A stretch of DNA of 64,000 nt from Candidatus Iainarchaeum sp. (GTDB lineage Archaea > Iainarchaeota > Iainarchaeia > Iainarchaeales > UBA10219). The notes under the pieces are model-generated. The model had not been told where the DNA came from and did not search any database. It saw only the letters and a list, made by a program, of their open reading frames with translations. Shown here piece after piece: positions 38,291-48,331 of the stretch. The stretch covers positions 96,001 through 160,000 of the forward strand of contig JAGVWE010000003.1 of the NCBI GenBank assembly GCA_018304425.1. The letters run 5' to 3'. Made by a program: the position numbers and the translations under genes. How positions within the stretch are numbered: the stretch's first letter is position 1; the number at the start of each line of letters is the position of its first letter.

Positions 38291-40000
38291 ATGCACCTAC
38301 CGGTTTTCCAGATGCCCTCCCCAGACCTACGAAGATACGTCAAGGAATCCCTGACCTTTGACTTGAAGGCCGGCTTCATCACCGCCATCGTGGCCCTGCC
38401 GCTGGCCATCGCCTTCGCCATCGCCTCCGGGGTTCCCCCCATCATGGGCCTCTACACCGCGGTGGTGGCGGGAGTCCTTGGCAGCAGCTTTGGCGGCTCC
38501 AGGTTCTCCATCACCGGGCCGACCGGCGCCATGACGGTCATCATTCTCTCCGTCGTCAACCAGTTCGGCGTCGAAGGCCTGCTGCTGGCCGGCTTCCTCG
38601 CCGGCCTCATCCAGCTCGCGTTCGGTGTCATGAAAATCGGGCAACTCGTGAAATTCATCCCCTTCCCCATCGTCTCCGGCTTCACGGCGGGCATCGGCGT
38701 CATCATCTTCGTTGGCCAAATCCCGAACGCGCTGGGCCTCCAACTGCCTCCCAAGGAATTCGTAAGCGAGGCCCTGCTGCAAATCGCCGAACACGCGGGA
38801 AGCGCCAACCCCTGGGCACTTGGCATCGCGGTGGGAACGGTTGCCATGCTCACGTGGCTGCCCAAAATCATGGCCTCCAGCCACAAACTGGGCCCCCTCA
38901 AGAGCCTGCCCCCCTCCCTGTTCGCCTTGTTCCTCTCCACGGCCCTTGTTTACTTCCTGGCCCTGCCGCTCCCGCTCGTCGGCGACATCCCCATGGGCCT
39001 GCCCACCCTCCACCTGTTCCCCGTCAACCTCGACCTCATCCACGATTTGCTGCCCTCCGCGCTCACCATTGCCTTGCTGGGCTCCATCGAAGCCCTGCTG
39101 TGCGCGGTGGTCTGCGACGGCATGACCAACACCAAGCATGATAGCAACCGCGAGCTCATCGGCCAAGGCATCTCCAACCTCTTCATGCCCTTCTTCAACG
39201 GCATCCCCGCAACGGCTGCCATTGCCCGCAGCGCCGTCAACGTCCGCGAAGGCGCCAAGACCAAACTGGCAGGAGTCATCCACGCGCTCATCCTCCTCCT
39301 CATCCTCTTGTTCTTCGCGCCCTGGGCCCGGTTCATCCCCAAGGCGTTCCTGGCAGGCATCCTCTTGTTCGTCTCCATGCGCATGATTGACTTGGAGGAA
39401 TTCAAGACCATCCTCCACATCAGCAAATCGGAAGCCCTTGTCTTGTTCGCGACCTTCGGGCTCACGGTGTTCACGAACCTCGTGTTCGCCATCCAGATGG
39501 GCATGACCTTCGCCGTGTTCCTCTTGTTCATCCGGTTGACGCAGATGGCGGAGATAACCTCGTTCGAAGCCTACCAGGGAAGGAACGCGAAGGTGGCGGC
39601 CATGCTGGAAGCCAATCCCCGGCTCAAGGAGAACGTGGAACTCTACTCCATCAACGGCCCCTTCTTCTTCGGCGCCATGCACGTCTTCGACTCGCGCCTG
39701 GGCACGCACCTCGCCTTACAGGCGCCCTACATCGTGTTGCGCCTGCGCAACGTTCCATTGATTGACGCCTCGGGCGTCACGCGCCTGGCCGCCTTCATCG
39801 CGCACGCCCACAAGCAAGGCAGAACCGTGCTGTTGGCCGCCGTGCAGCCCGCCGTTGCGGAGCGGCTGCAGCACAGCCCCGAATACCGGGAACTCGTCAA
39901 GGCCGAGCACTTGTTCGACAGCGCGGACAAGGCCCTGGAATGGGTGGAAAAGCGGTTGGGCGGCAAACCCATGCCTTTTATATTCCCCCGACGACAATAG
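38291..40000 (+). CDS. SulP family anion transporter with STAS domain
   Basis: DLKAG...LPLAIAFAIASG, GPTGA, NRELIGQG, STAS GPFFFG / IDASG. Confidence 0.95.
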   Translation: MHLPVFQMPSPDLRRYVKESLTFDLKAGFITAIVALPLAIAFAIASGVPPIMGLYTAVVAGVLGSSFGGSRFSITGPTGAMTVIILSVVNQFGVEGLLLAGFLAGLIQLAFGVMKIGQLVKFIPFPIVSGFTAGIGVIIFVGQIPNALGLQLPPKEFVSEALLQIAEHAGSANPWALGIAVGTVAMLTWLPKIMASSHKLGPLKSLPPSLFALFLSTALVYFLALPLPLVGDIPMGLPTLHLFPVNLDLIHDLLPSALTIALLGSIEALLCAVVCDGMTNTKHDSNRELIGQGISNLFMPFFNGIPATAAIARSAVNVREGAKTKLAGVIHALILLLILLFFAPWARFIPKAFLAGILLFVSMRMIDLEEFKTILHISKSEALVLFATFGLTVFTNLVFAIQMGMTFAVFLLFIRLTQMAEITSFEAYQGRNAKVAAMLEANPRLKENVELYSINGPFFFGAMHVFDSRLGTHLALQAPYIVLRLRNVPLIDASGVTRLAAFIAHAHKQGRTVLLAAVQPAVAERLQHSPEYRELVKAEHLFDSADKALEWVEKRLGGKPMPFIFPRRQ

Positions 40001-40075
40001 TTATTGCCCCGATGAAGAACTGACGATGATACTGAGCCACAAGCGATGACGACTGATGGGCGAGCTGAGGGGCAC

Positions 40076-40696
40076 TCAACTTTTCTTTCCAGCCAACCGG
40101 CTTTTCCGCCGCGCCTTCAAAAATTCGAGTGCCACCGGCACCAGCGAGACCACGATGATGCCGACGACCAGGGCCTCGATGTTTTCCGCGATGACGGGGA
40201 TGCCGCCCAGGAAGTAGCCGGCGGAAACCATGGAAACCGACCACAAGACGCCGCCGACGACGTTGTACTTGATGAACGTCTTGAAATCCATGTGGCTGGC
40301 CCCGGCCACGATGGGCGCGAAGGTCCGCACCACCGGCACGAACCGCGCGAGGACAATGGTTTTCTTGCCGTACCGGGCGTAGAAGGCTTCCGCGCGCTTG
40401 ATGTGCTCGGGGTCGCGGAAGAAATCCCCCTTGTGGACAAAGAACCGGCGGCCGTACTTGCGGCCCATCCAGTAGCCGACTTGGTCCCCCGCGATGGCGA
40501 AGAAAGCGGTGCCGATGATGACCAGGTTGAGGTCGAGGAGGCCGCGCTGGGCGAGGAGGCCCGCCGTGAACAGCAGGGAATCGCCCGGCAAAAAGAAGCC
40601 GAAGAACAGCCCGGACTCGGCGAAGACTATGGCGAACAAGGCCACATAGCCAAGCGTCGCGAGCAGGGCTTCGAGGTTTCCGACCAGGCCGAACAT
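40076..40696 (-). CDS. DedA family membrane protein
   Basis: FAESGLFFGFFLPGDSLL, ARFVPVVRTF. Confidence 0.94.
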   Translation of the reverse strand: MFGLVGNLEALLATLGYVALFAIVFAESGLFFGFFLPGDSLLFTAGLLAQRGLLDLNLVIIGTAFFAIAGDQVGYWMGRKYGRRFFVHKGDFFRDPEHIKRAEAFYARYGKKTIVLARFVPVVRTFAPIVAGASHMDFKTFIKYNVVGGVLWSVSMVSAGYFLGGIPVIAENIEALVVGIIVVSLVPVALEFLKARRKSRLAGKKS

Positions 40697-40812
40697 GCCA
40701 TGGACAGGGTTGGGAAAGGATTAAATGGCAACCCCCCGGGCCCACGCAATCCAATGCTTTTCCCTCTGCATTCCAGCAGGGTATATATACAAGCTCTGGC
40801 ATCTAATAGTGC

Positions 40813-41493
40813 ATGTCGAAAGCGTTTTCGTTCCTGGGCCTGGCGGCCATCCTCGTGGTGTTCGTGATTGCCGCCGGCTGCCTTAACCCGACACCCGCGC
40901 AGCCAAACCCGGGCGAGCCCGGGGGCATGTGCGGGGGCATCGCCGGCATCGAGTGTGAAGAGGATTTCGTCTGCCAATATGGGGGAAATAATCCGGATGC
41001 GGCGGGAACCTGCGTGAAAGCCGAAGAGGAAAGGCCGCCGGCCGAGGAAGGCGAGTTCTGCGGTGGCATCGCGGGCATCCCCTGCGAGGCCGGGTTCGAG
41101 TGCCAGTTGCAGGGCGATTACCCGGATGCGGGCGGCACCTGCGTGGATGTCTTCGCAAGGCCGCCGAAGCCAGCCCAGGAAGGCGAGCGCTGTGGCGGAT
41201 TCGACAGCCGCTCCTGCGACGTGGGCCTCGTATGCGAAACGAGCGCCGGGCCCCCGGGTTCTTTGGACATGGACACCGGCAGCTGCGTGAAGTTGCCGAA
41301 CCAGCCGGACACGGAGGGCTGCACGCTCATGCGCAACGTGAACACCGGCGAGGTCGCCTGTTTCGGCTGCGGCCGCAGCATCTGCAGCGACCCCAGCCCG
41401 GATTTCCAGCCCTTAGAACGCGACCCGAGCCAGCTGGGCATCCCATACTCGTGCTACATCGACGAGGCGGGCGCGTGCGCGCTCGCGCAGTGA
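40813..41493 (+). CDS. Cys-rich secreted/lipoprotein with repeated G-x-x-CGG-x4-C modules
   Basis: AAGC lipobox-like signal; CGGIAGIEC..C...PDAAGTCV occurs twice, plus a third variant. Confidence 0.8.
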   Translation: MSKAFSFLGLAAILVVFVIAAGCLNPTPAQPNPGEPGGMCGGIAGIECEEDFVCQYGGNNPDAAGTCVKAEEERPPAEEGEFCGGIAGIPCEAGFECQLQGDYPDAGGTCVDVFARPPKPAQEGERCGGFDSRSCDVGLVCETSAGPPGSLDMDTGSCVKLPNQPDTEGCTLMRNVNTGEVACFGCGRSICSDPSPDFQPLERDPSQLGIPYSCYIDEAGACALAQ

Positions 41494-41494
41494 A

Positions 41495-43081
41495 TCAGAC
41501 TTTCTTGTCCCACGTTCCACCCACCTCGCAGACCACGAGGTAGACTTCGCCGAGGACTGCGGGTGTGGAGGACGGGATGGTGCCGGTCAAGCCGTTGGGG
41601 AAGAATTTCTGGATGCTTTTCACGTCACAGCCTTCCACCAGGCTCCCAACGGGTTTGCCTTCGATGCGGGCGCTGGTGCCCACGTAGTTGAAGCCGAGGT
41701 TGAGGTTGATGCCGAGGGGCTCGTAGAGGTGTTCGCCCTTCAACTTGTAGGTGCCGGCGGCACTGCATTCCACGTTGTAGGCCACGCCGTTCTCCATCAG
41801 GAAGTTGCGGGCGATGCTGCCCTTGGAGTGCGTGTGCCAGTCCTGGATTTCGTAGACGCTGACCTTGTCACAGGACAGTCCCTGCCTGGAAACGTCGATG
41901 AGGAAGGCCTCCGCCGAATAGTTTTCCGGGACCTTTAAGGGCAGGGAGACGTAGTTTTTCCCGGCCTTGAAATTGAATTCATACACCGTTCCCTGTGCGT
42001 CCTCGGGGATGGTTTCGTGCAGGCGGAGGATGATTTCCCGTTGCCTCAAATCCCATTCCTTGCGCGTGGTCTGGGTTTCGAAGGGGCCATAGGTGTTCTC
42101 CCGGGTTTCAACGAATAACGGCTTGAGCAGGGCGTACACCACGCCCTTTTCCTCGATGCCTTCGACTTCGAAGATGAGTTGCTTGAACAGGAGGTTCCCG
42201 AACTCGTCCACGTACCTGCGGTCGGCCCTGGAAAAGTCATCCAACGTCACTTCCACCTCGCCTTCCGGGGAAATCTCCTTGTAGAGGCCGGTCTCGTTTT
42301 CCTCGAACTTGAGGTAAAGCACGCCGCCCACGAAGTTTCCGCCCGTGGCCTCGTCGAAGAACCTCACTTTCAGGGGCAGCAAGTCCTTTTCGCGGACCAC
42401 GCGCTTGGCGATGGCCCGGTAACCGCCCGAGAGCTTGCGGAAGTCATCGGACTTGAAGGAGTGGAAGCCTTCGGCGAACAAGGTGGAGTTCGAGAACACG
42501 CCGGCATCCAGGTCCCTGATTCTTCCCACCAAATCGGTTTTCGCGTCCACGACCGTGCGGGGGATGCACTGGTCCTTCAAATCGCAGACCAGTTTTTCCA
42601 CGCGCACCGGCACTTCCCGCACCAGTTGGCCGTCCTCGTCTACGACTTCGAGGAAGAGCTTTTTGGTTTCCACGGGCCTTGGGGCCGGCGGCTTTTCATC
42701 GCCGGGCGGCACGTAGTCCGGGCCCTCGACGGGTTTCTCAGCGCCCTTCTCGTGGCGGCACTCGACTTCCTCCGTCGTGGAGTCCAGGTAGAGCACCAGG
42801 GCCTTGGAGGCGTTCTTGGCTTCCACACGGTAATAGTACTTGACGGGCATCTCCTTCTTGCACTCCGCGTCCAGCTCCTTTTTGACCGCGGAAACCGTGT
42901 CCTCGTCCCACAAGGCGATGACTACTTCGGCGTCGGGAACCGAGTCAATGGCTTCCCGCACCACGGGAATGGCGCGCACCTTTTCCTCCAAGGAGGCCTT
43001 CCCGAAGTCCGGCACGCAGCCAGCCAAAGCCACGAGGAAAGCCAGGGCAAGCAATAAAAGGGCTTTATTCATGGAATCCAA
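41495..43081 (-). CDS. Putative lipoprotein/surface protein
   Basis: LVALAGC lipobox-like; C-terminal G.NYVSLP and GFNYVG beta repeats. Confidence 0.7.
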   Translation of the reverse strand: MDSMNKALLLLALAFLVALAGCVPDFGKASLEEKVRAIPVVREAIDSVPDAEVVIALWDEDTVSAVKKELDAECKKEMPVKYYYRVEAKNASKALVLYLDSTTEEVECRHEKGAEKPVEGPDYVPPGDEKPPAPRPVETKKLFLEVVDEDGQLVREVPVRVEKLVCDLKDQCIPRTVVDAKTDLVGRIRDLDAGVFSNSTLFAEGFHSFKSDDFRKLSGGYRAIAKRVVREKDLLPLKVRFFDEATGGNFVGGVLYLKFEENETGLYKEISPEGEVEVTLDDFSRADRRYVDEFGNLLFKQLIFEVEGIEEKGVVYALLKPLFVETRENTYGPFETQTTRKEWDLRQREIILRLHETIPEDAQGTVYEFNFKAGKNYVSLPLKVPENYSAEAFLIDVSRQGLSCDKVSVYEIQDWHTHSKGSIARNFLMENGVAYNVECSAAGTYKLKGEHLYEPLGINLNLGFNYVGTSARIEGKPVGSLVEGCDVKSIQKFFPNGLTGTIPSSTPAVLGEVYLVVCEVGGTWDKKV

Positions 43082-43221
43082 GTATATAATGCCTTTGGGG
43101 TTTAAATAGTTACGCCCCCCAGGCAGGCAAGAAAACGCATGGGCAAGCCTTTAAAACCTTGACGTTTCACAATTGGTATAGCGTTTTTTGCGCTGCAAAA
43201 CGGATTTTTCGAGGTGGGTTT

Positions 43222-43650
43222 ATGGCGGAAGACAAGAAACAAGTGCCCGTGGATGACGACGACGAGGGTTCCGACGAGGAACTGCCCTTTCCCCGCGCGA
43301 CCATCGTCAACATGCTGCGACAGCACCTGGACTCCGGCAAGCAAATCAAGGGCCAGGTCAAGCGCGAGATGAACATCTGGCTGGGCAGCATGGTGGAACG
43401 CATCGCCCACAAGATGAACGCGCACCCCTACACCTACGTGGACGGCAGCATGTTCCGCGAGTCGATAGAGCCCTACGAGGCCATCCAAGAAATCGAGAAA
43501 GAAAAAGAACGCATCATCAAGCAGCTGGAATCCGTCAAAGCGGCCTGCGACGTGCTCATCAGCGAAGTCGACCGGAAATTCGTGTTGAGAAGCGGTTTCG
43601 CCACCGAGTACCAGAAGGAAAAGGAAGCGGCCGCAAAGGGGAAGAAGTAA
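43222..43650 (+). CDS. Histone-fold protein (NF-YB/coiled-coil histone-like) with acidic N-terminal tail
   Basis: LPFPRATIVNMLRQHL alpha1 pattern, long alpha2, then a coiled-coil; DDDDEGSDEE tail; GAGGTG RBS. Confidence 0.7.
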   Translation: MAEDKKQVPVDDDDEGSDEELPFPRATIVNMLRQHLDSGKQIKGQVKREMNIWLGSMVERIAHKMNAHPYTYVDGSMFRESIEPYEAIQEIEKEKERIIKQLESVKAACDVLISEVDRKFVLRSGFATEYQKEKEAAAKGKK

Positions 43651-43780
43651 AAACTTCCCTTTTCTTACCTATTTTTTAAGCCAGTCAATAGCTGCGCTTT
43701 GCAACCAGTTCGTAAAAGAAGATGTCCATGCAAAAGGCGCGTTGCCGCATGTAATGGTCAAACTCTTGCGCTGTTTGCCG

Positions 43781-44044
43781 TCAGGTTATCCTCAAGCCGG
43801 CAGCGTCATGCAGATTCCTGTGAAGCGAATCCAAGAACTGGCTCCGCAAGGCAGCGCGCCGCCAAGCTGAAATTTCGCCTCCCTGGTGGGCCAGAAAGTT
43901 CGCCTGGCGCTCCAATTCATACCAAGAGGAAGCAGGCCGGCCAAACACTTCCCGGATGCCCGCAGCCAGAGTGGCACGACGGGCTTTCCGTTCCCTGCGT
44001 ACGGCCTTGAACGAGGCCATTCGCTTCCTGAGGTTCAATCGCAT
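43781..44044 (-). CDS. Basic hypothetical protein, possibly truncated by an in-frame TGA
   Basis: TATA-like box upstream; the frame stays open for 31 more codons after the TGA. Confidence 0.45.
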   Translation of the reverse strand: MRLNLRKRMASFKAVRRERKARRATLAAGIREVFGRPASSWYELERQANFLAHQGGEISAWRRAALRSQFLDSLHRNLHDAAGLRIT

Positions 44045-44083
44045 GCATTACAATTGGGGCCCGAAAAATAAAAGGTTATATGT

Positions 44084-44341
44084 TCAGCCCCCGAAAACAA
44101 TCCGCTCGATGTCGGCCTTCCGATGGACATTCAGCGAAACCTGCAGGCCGTAGTGGGCGGGTTTCGGCACGATTAAGCCCTCCTTAACGAGCTTGTCGAG
44201 TTCCTCCTCAACGTCCTTTCGCTGGTCCTTTGGCAAGCCATGCGCAATCAGTTCATAGTCCAAGTGCTTGCCGCCCCATAGGTTCTTTCTAACCATTTTG
44301 TTGAGAATCCACCAGCGAAGCTTCGAAGAAGGAAGTTTCAT
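44084..44341 (-). CDS. Small hypothetical protein (GGxH...YGLQVSLN family), copy 2
   Basis: WGGKH...KPAHYGLQVSLN; paralog of 10933..11208. Confidence 0.8.
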   Translation of the reverse strand: MKLPSSKLRWWILNKMVRKNLWGGKHLDYELIAHGLPKDQRKDVEEELDKLVKEGLIVPKPAHYGLQVSLNVHRKADIERIVFGG

Positions 44342-44434
44342 TTATTGATACATAAAGCGTTAAATATTTAAACTTTGCCAACATACAGCTAATTAGACAA
44401 ACCGCAGGCGTTTGTCTACTTAAAGGTCGTTCGC

Positions 44435-44779
44435 ATGAAACAAATTCCCAATTCCCTGTTCGTCGAGTTCCTCGGAGATTACCCCCTTATTCGGGTGCTG
44501 GACTTCCTGATTGAGAATCGCATCTTCGACTACTCTAAGAAGGACATCTGCAAGTATGCTGACGTCTCTTGGAACACGCTGGAAGACTTCTGGGACGGCC
44601 TGGAAAAAAACGGCCTGGTGACCCACACCCGCAAGGTCGGCAAGGCCAACATGTACAAGCTAAACACGGCCAACCCCATGGCAAACCAACTCATCGAATT
44701 GGACAAAGCACTGATGAAGCAAGCCATGGATAAACTAGACGAGCACGAGAAAGTCAAGATTGTGGCGCGCAGCCACTGA
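44435..44779 (+). CDS. Winged-helix regulator-like protein, copy 2
   Basis: FLGDYP...DYSKKDICKYADVSWNTL...GLVTHTRKVGKANMYKLN; paralog of 11264..11617. Confidence 0.82.
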   Translation: MKQIPNSLFVEFLGDYPLIRVLDFLIENRIFDYSKKDICKYADVSWNTLEDFWDGLEKNGLVTHTRKVGKANMYKLNTANPMANQLIELDKALMKQAMDKLDEHEKVKIVARSH

Positions 44780-44785
44780 TTGGAT

Positions 44786-44905
44786 ATGAAACGAACGGAA
44801 GAAGACGAAGCGTGGGAACTCTTTGCCTGCCTATCCATGCGGCGCGCATGGGGCAAAACGGACCAGATTTGGGATAAAATCGCGGCAGAAGACTTAGCCA
44901 AGTAA
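44786..44905 (+). CDS. 39-aa peptide resembling archaeal antitoxin C-termini
   Basis: Manual translation MKRTEEDEAWELFACLSMRRAWGKTDQIWDKIAAEDLAK, 6 nt after the wHTH gene. Confidence 0.4.
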   Translation: MKRTEEDEAWELFACLSMRRAWGKTDQIWDKIAAEDLAK

Positions 44906-45457
44906 TTCCTCTATTTTCCGCGCCACCATGCTCTCCGTGTTCCGGAACAGGAACGCCTCCACGGTGGAACCGTTGTGGCACTTGCGCACGTAGCTGGCTT
45001 TCTCGAAGTCGAGGATGCAGACCGTGTGGTCGGGGCGCACCAGGATGTTCCGCCCGCGCCCGGCGAGCTGACCATGGTCCACGCCGATTTTGTCGAGCTT
45101 TTGCGCCTGCTCCTGCAGGGAGGCGATGACTTTCTGCAGCAGGGCCTTGTCCGGCTTGCCTTCGAGGAACTTGTCGAAGGTCTGGCCCTCGACGAACTCC
45201 AGCAGCAGGCAGCGTTCCTCCTTGTCGAAGCCGATGAGCTTGGGGCCGATGCCGGCGCGGTTGGCCAGGGAGAGGCAGGCCGCCTCCTGTTCGACCATGA
45301 AGCGCCGCGTGGACTTGTCCCGCTCGGCCTTGAGGGCAAAGGCCTTGCCCGCCTTGTCGTGGACGAGGTAGACCTGGCTGGAGTAACCCTTGGCCAGGGG
45401 CTTGCCCAGCATAAGGTGACGGGCGGCGCAGAAGGCCTGGACGCGTTCCGAGTGCAT
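44894..45457 (-). CDS. RIO/Bud32-like serine/threonine kinase
   Basis: AKGYSSQVY, ALK, HGQL...NIL, LDFE. Confidence 0.85.
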   Translation of the reverse strand: MHSERVQAFCAARHLMLGKPLAKGYSSQVYLVHDKAGKAFALKAERDKSTRRFMVEQEAACLSLANRAGIGPKLIGFDKEERCLLLEFVEGQTFDKFLEGKPDKALLQKVIASLQEQAQKLDKIGVDHGQLAGRGRNILVRPDHTVCILDFEKASYVRKCHNGSTVEAFLFRNTESMVARKIEELLG

Positions 45458-45481
45458 GCAGGGAATGAGGCGGAAAGGGCT

Positions 45482-46471
45482 TTAAGTCCCTTCCTTCAAG
45501 TAGGGCTCCAGCAGGCGTGCCCAAGCCATCGAAAGTTTATAGTATTCGTCCGGGCAACTCTCCGCACGCTCCGCAGGCAAAACCTCGTCATCTATCAGAT
45601 TGGCGAAGCCCTCGGGGTTTCTGCCATACACCCAGCAGGCGATGTTGTAAAACCGCTGCTGGCCCAGGGCGTGCTCGTCCCAGAACGCCAGTTCCCCGGG
45701 CTCTTCAAGGGAAGACCACAGCATGAAGGCGGCGGCCGCATTCAAGGCAATGCCTGGCCCCGCTTCATCCCCTCTTTCAATCAGCAAAAAAGTCGCCAAT
45801 TGGTCCACGCTGTCCTCTTCGCGTCCGGTGGCCGGCAAATCCAGCAAGTGGATGAGGGCATGGCCGGCTTCGTGATAGAATATAAACTCCGTGGCAAACA
45901 AAGTGGACTTCGTGGGGTCCTCTTCTTCGGCCGTGTTCTCGGCAAACAACGCTTGCAACTCGGAGACCAATTCATAGCATAAAACAAGGGTGGTTTCTTC
46001 CGGCAAATAAAAGGCGTTGGCTTCCCCGCAGTCCTGGAAAACCACCGGAACATCCCGGGGCAACGCCACAAAAGCATTCAAGCCGTCAACGATGCCCTCG
46101 AAATGCCTGGACTCCTTCAAGTAAACCATCCACTCGTTGGCCGTGGGGTCGCTGGATTCCGCGTACCCTAGCTTGAAGTCGCCTTGGTCTTCAAACCGGG
46201 GAGGCTCCACGGCGGGGGTTTCAAGGGGCTTGGTTTCAACGGGTTCGACCGGAGTGGGCGGCGGGTTTGGAGTGGCTGGAACTCGAATCATTTTTCCCGC
46301 GGAATCGGGCCCGGCAACGGGTTCAGCAGCCTGGTCAAGGGCGTCCGCGGTTTTTTCCAGGGCCTGGGAGGCCTTCTGGAGGCCCTGGGCCGTGCAGCCG
46401 GCCAGCAAAATAAGCACGACCAAAAACAAGCCACCCCCTGGCAGGGGCATCCGCCTGAAAGACAAGAACAT
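45482..46471 (-). CDS. DUF4344-like lipoprotein metallopeptidase
   Basis: LLAGC lipobox; CGEANAFY, HEAGH, REEDSVDQ, DEH..QRFYN..CWVYG. Confidence 0.85.
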   Translation of the reverse strand: MFLSFRRMPLPGGGLFLVVLILLAGCTAQGLQKASQALEKTADALDQAAEPVAGPDSAGKMIRVPATPNPPPTPVEPVETKPLETPAVEPPRFEDQGDFKLGYAESSDPTANEWMVYLKESRHFEGIVDGLNAFVALPRDVPVVFQDCGEANAFYLPEETTLVLCYELVSELQALFAENTAEEEDPTKSTLFATEFIFYHEAGHALIHLLDLPATGREEDSVDQLATFLLIERGDEAGPGIALNAAAAFMLWSSLEEPGELAFWDEHALGQQRFYNIACWVYGRNPEGFANLIDDEVLPAERAESCPDEYYKLSMAWARLLEPYLKEGT

Positions 46472-46634
46472 CCAAGAAGTAAGGCAATTGGGCTATATAA
46501 GCCTGTCTGGCCCCATTAACACGCATATCCATCAAAAAACGCGTTAGCTTTAAAAACCTTCATATCCATCAATAATTTACGATTCCAATTAACCCTGATT
46601 AGGGCATTTTTGCCACTGAATGGAGGTCGATTTC

Positions 46635-48290
46635 ATGGCGGAAGCAGGACAACAACCAGTCATTTTCCTCTCTGAGGGAACCAAGCGCACCCGGGGAAGG
46701 GACGCGCAGCGCATCAACATCATGGTCGCCAAGGCGGTGGCCAACGCGGTCCGGTCAACATTAGGGCCGAAAGGCATGGACAAAATGATTGTCGACGAGT
46801 TGGGGGACATCACGATTTCCAACGACGGCGCCACCATCTTGAAGGAGATGAGCATCGACCACCCCGCGGGGAAGATGATGGTCGAAGTCGCCAAGACCCA
46901 GGATGACGAGGTCGGCGACGGCACCACGACCGCAGTAGTCTTCGGCGGCACGCTCCTGAGCAAGGCCGAAAGCCTGCTCGACGACGAGATTCATCCCTCC
47001 ATCATCGTGAAGGGCTACCGGCTCGCGGCCGAGAAGGCCCGGGAGTTTTACACGCAAATCGCGGACGTAATCAAGTTCGATGACGTCAAAACGCTGAAGG
47101 AAATCGCCATCACTTCGATGACCGGCAAGGCCTCCGAGGGCGCGGAAGAACTCGCGAACCTGGTCGTGCAGGCCGTGCGGCAGGTCGCCGAAAAGGAAGG
47201 CGACAAGATGGTCATCGACCGGGACAACATCAAGCTCGAAAAGAAGGTCGGCGCCAGCCTGCACGAGAGCCAACTGGTCAAGGGCATCATCGTGGACAAG
47301 GAAATCGTGCACTCGGGCATGCCCAAGAAAGTCCAGAACGCGAAAATCGCGTTGGTGGACTCCGCGCTCGAAATCAAGAGCACGGAAGTCGACGCCAAGA
47401 TACAGATTTCGGACCCCGACCAGTTGCAGGCGTTCCTCGACCAAGAGGAGAAGATGCTGAAGAACATGGTCGACAAGATTGTGGCTTCCGGAGCCAACGT
47501 CGTGTTCTGCCAGAAAGGCATTGACGACATGGCCCAGCACTTCCTCGCGAAAGCCGGCATCTCGGCCATCCGCAGGGTGAAGGCCAGCGACATGACGGCC
47601 TTGGCCAAGGCCACGGACGCCAAGGTCGCCACCCGGCTCAGCGACCTGGGCAAGGACGACCTAGGCTACGCGCAAAGCGTCACCGCCAAGAAAGTCGCGG
47701 GCGATGACATGGTCTTTGTCGAGGGCTGCAAGAACCCGAAAGCCGTTTCCCTGCTGGTCAGGGGCGGTAGCGAGCACGTCGTAGACGAAGCCGAAAGGGC
47801 CGTGAACGACGCCATCGGGGCAACGATGTCCGCCATCAAGACCGAGAGGGTGCTGGCCGGCGGCGGTTCCTCGGACGTCGAGGTCGCGAACAAGCTCCGC
47901 GACTACGCCAAGACGGTTGGAGGCAGGGAACAGCTGGCCATCGAGGCCTTTGCCGACACCCTGGAAATCATCCCCCGCACCCTGGCCGAAACCGCGGGCA
48001 TGGACCCGTTGGACACCATTGTCGCGTTGCGCAGCAGGCACTCGACCAAGGAAGGCAAGTACATTGGAGTGGACGTCTACAAGGGCAAGCTCTCGAACAT
48101 GAAGGACTTGCACGTCATCGAGCCCCTGGCCTTGAAGACGCAGGCCATTTCCTCGGCCAGTGAGGTCGCGGAAATGCTGTTGCGCATCGACGACATCATC
48201 GCCGGCAGCAGCAAGGGCCCACCCGGCGGAATGCCCGGCGGCCACGGCCACGGCGGCATGCCCGGCATGGGCGACATGGGCGAGATGTAA
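46635..48290 (+). CDS. ths: Thermosome (group II chaperonin) subunit
   Basis: [32 protein letters not shown]-rich tail. Confidence 0.98.
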   Translation: MAEAGQQPVIFLSEGTKRTRGRDAQRINIMVAKAVANAVRSTLGPKGMDKMIVDELGDITISNDGATILKEMSIDHPAGKMMVEVAKTQDDEVGDGTTTAVVFGGTLLSKAESLLDDEIHPSIIVKGYRLAAEKAREFYTQIADVIKFDDVKTLKEIAITSMTGKASEGAEELANLVVQAVRQVAEKEGDKMVIDRDNIKLEKKVGASLHESQLVKGIIVDKEIVHSGMPKKVQNAKIALVDSALEIKSTEVDAKIQISDPDQLQAFLDQEEKMLKNMVDKIVASGANVVFCQKGIDDMAQHFLAKAGISAIRRVKASDMTALAKATDAKVATRLSDLGKDDLGYAQSVTAKKVAGDDMVFVEGCKNPKAVSLLVRGGSEHVVDEAERAVNDAIGATMSAIKTERVLAGGGSSDVEVANKLRDYAKTVGGREQLAIEAFADTLEIIPRTLAETAGMDPLDTIVALRSRHSTKEGKYIGVDVYKGKLSNMKDLHVIEPLALKTQAISSASEVAEMLLRIDDIIAGSSKGPPGGMPGGHGHGGMPGMGDMGEM

Positions 48291-48331
48291 CCCGCCCACC
48301 CCCCTATTTCTTTTTTTCTTTTATTTCCCGG

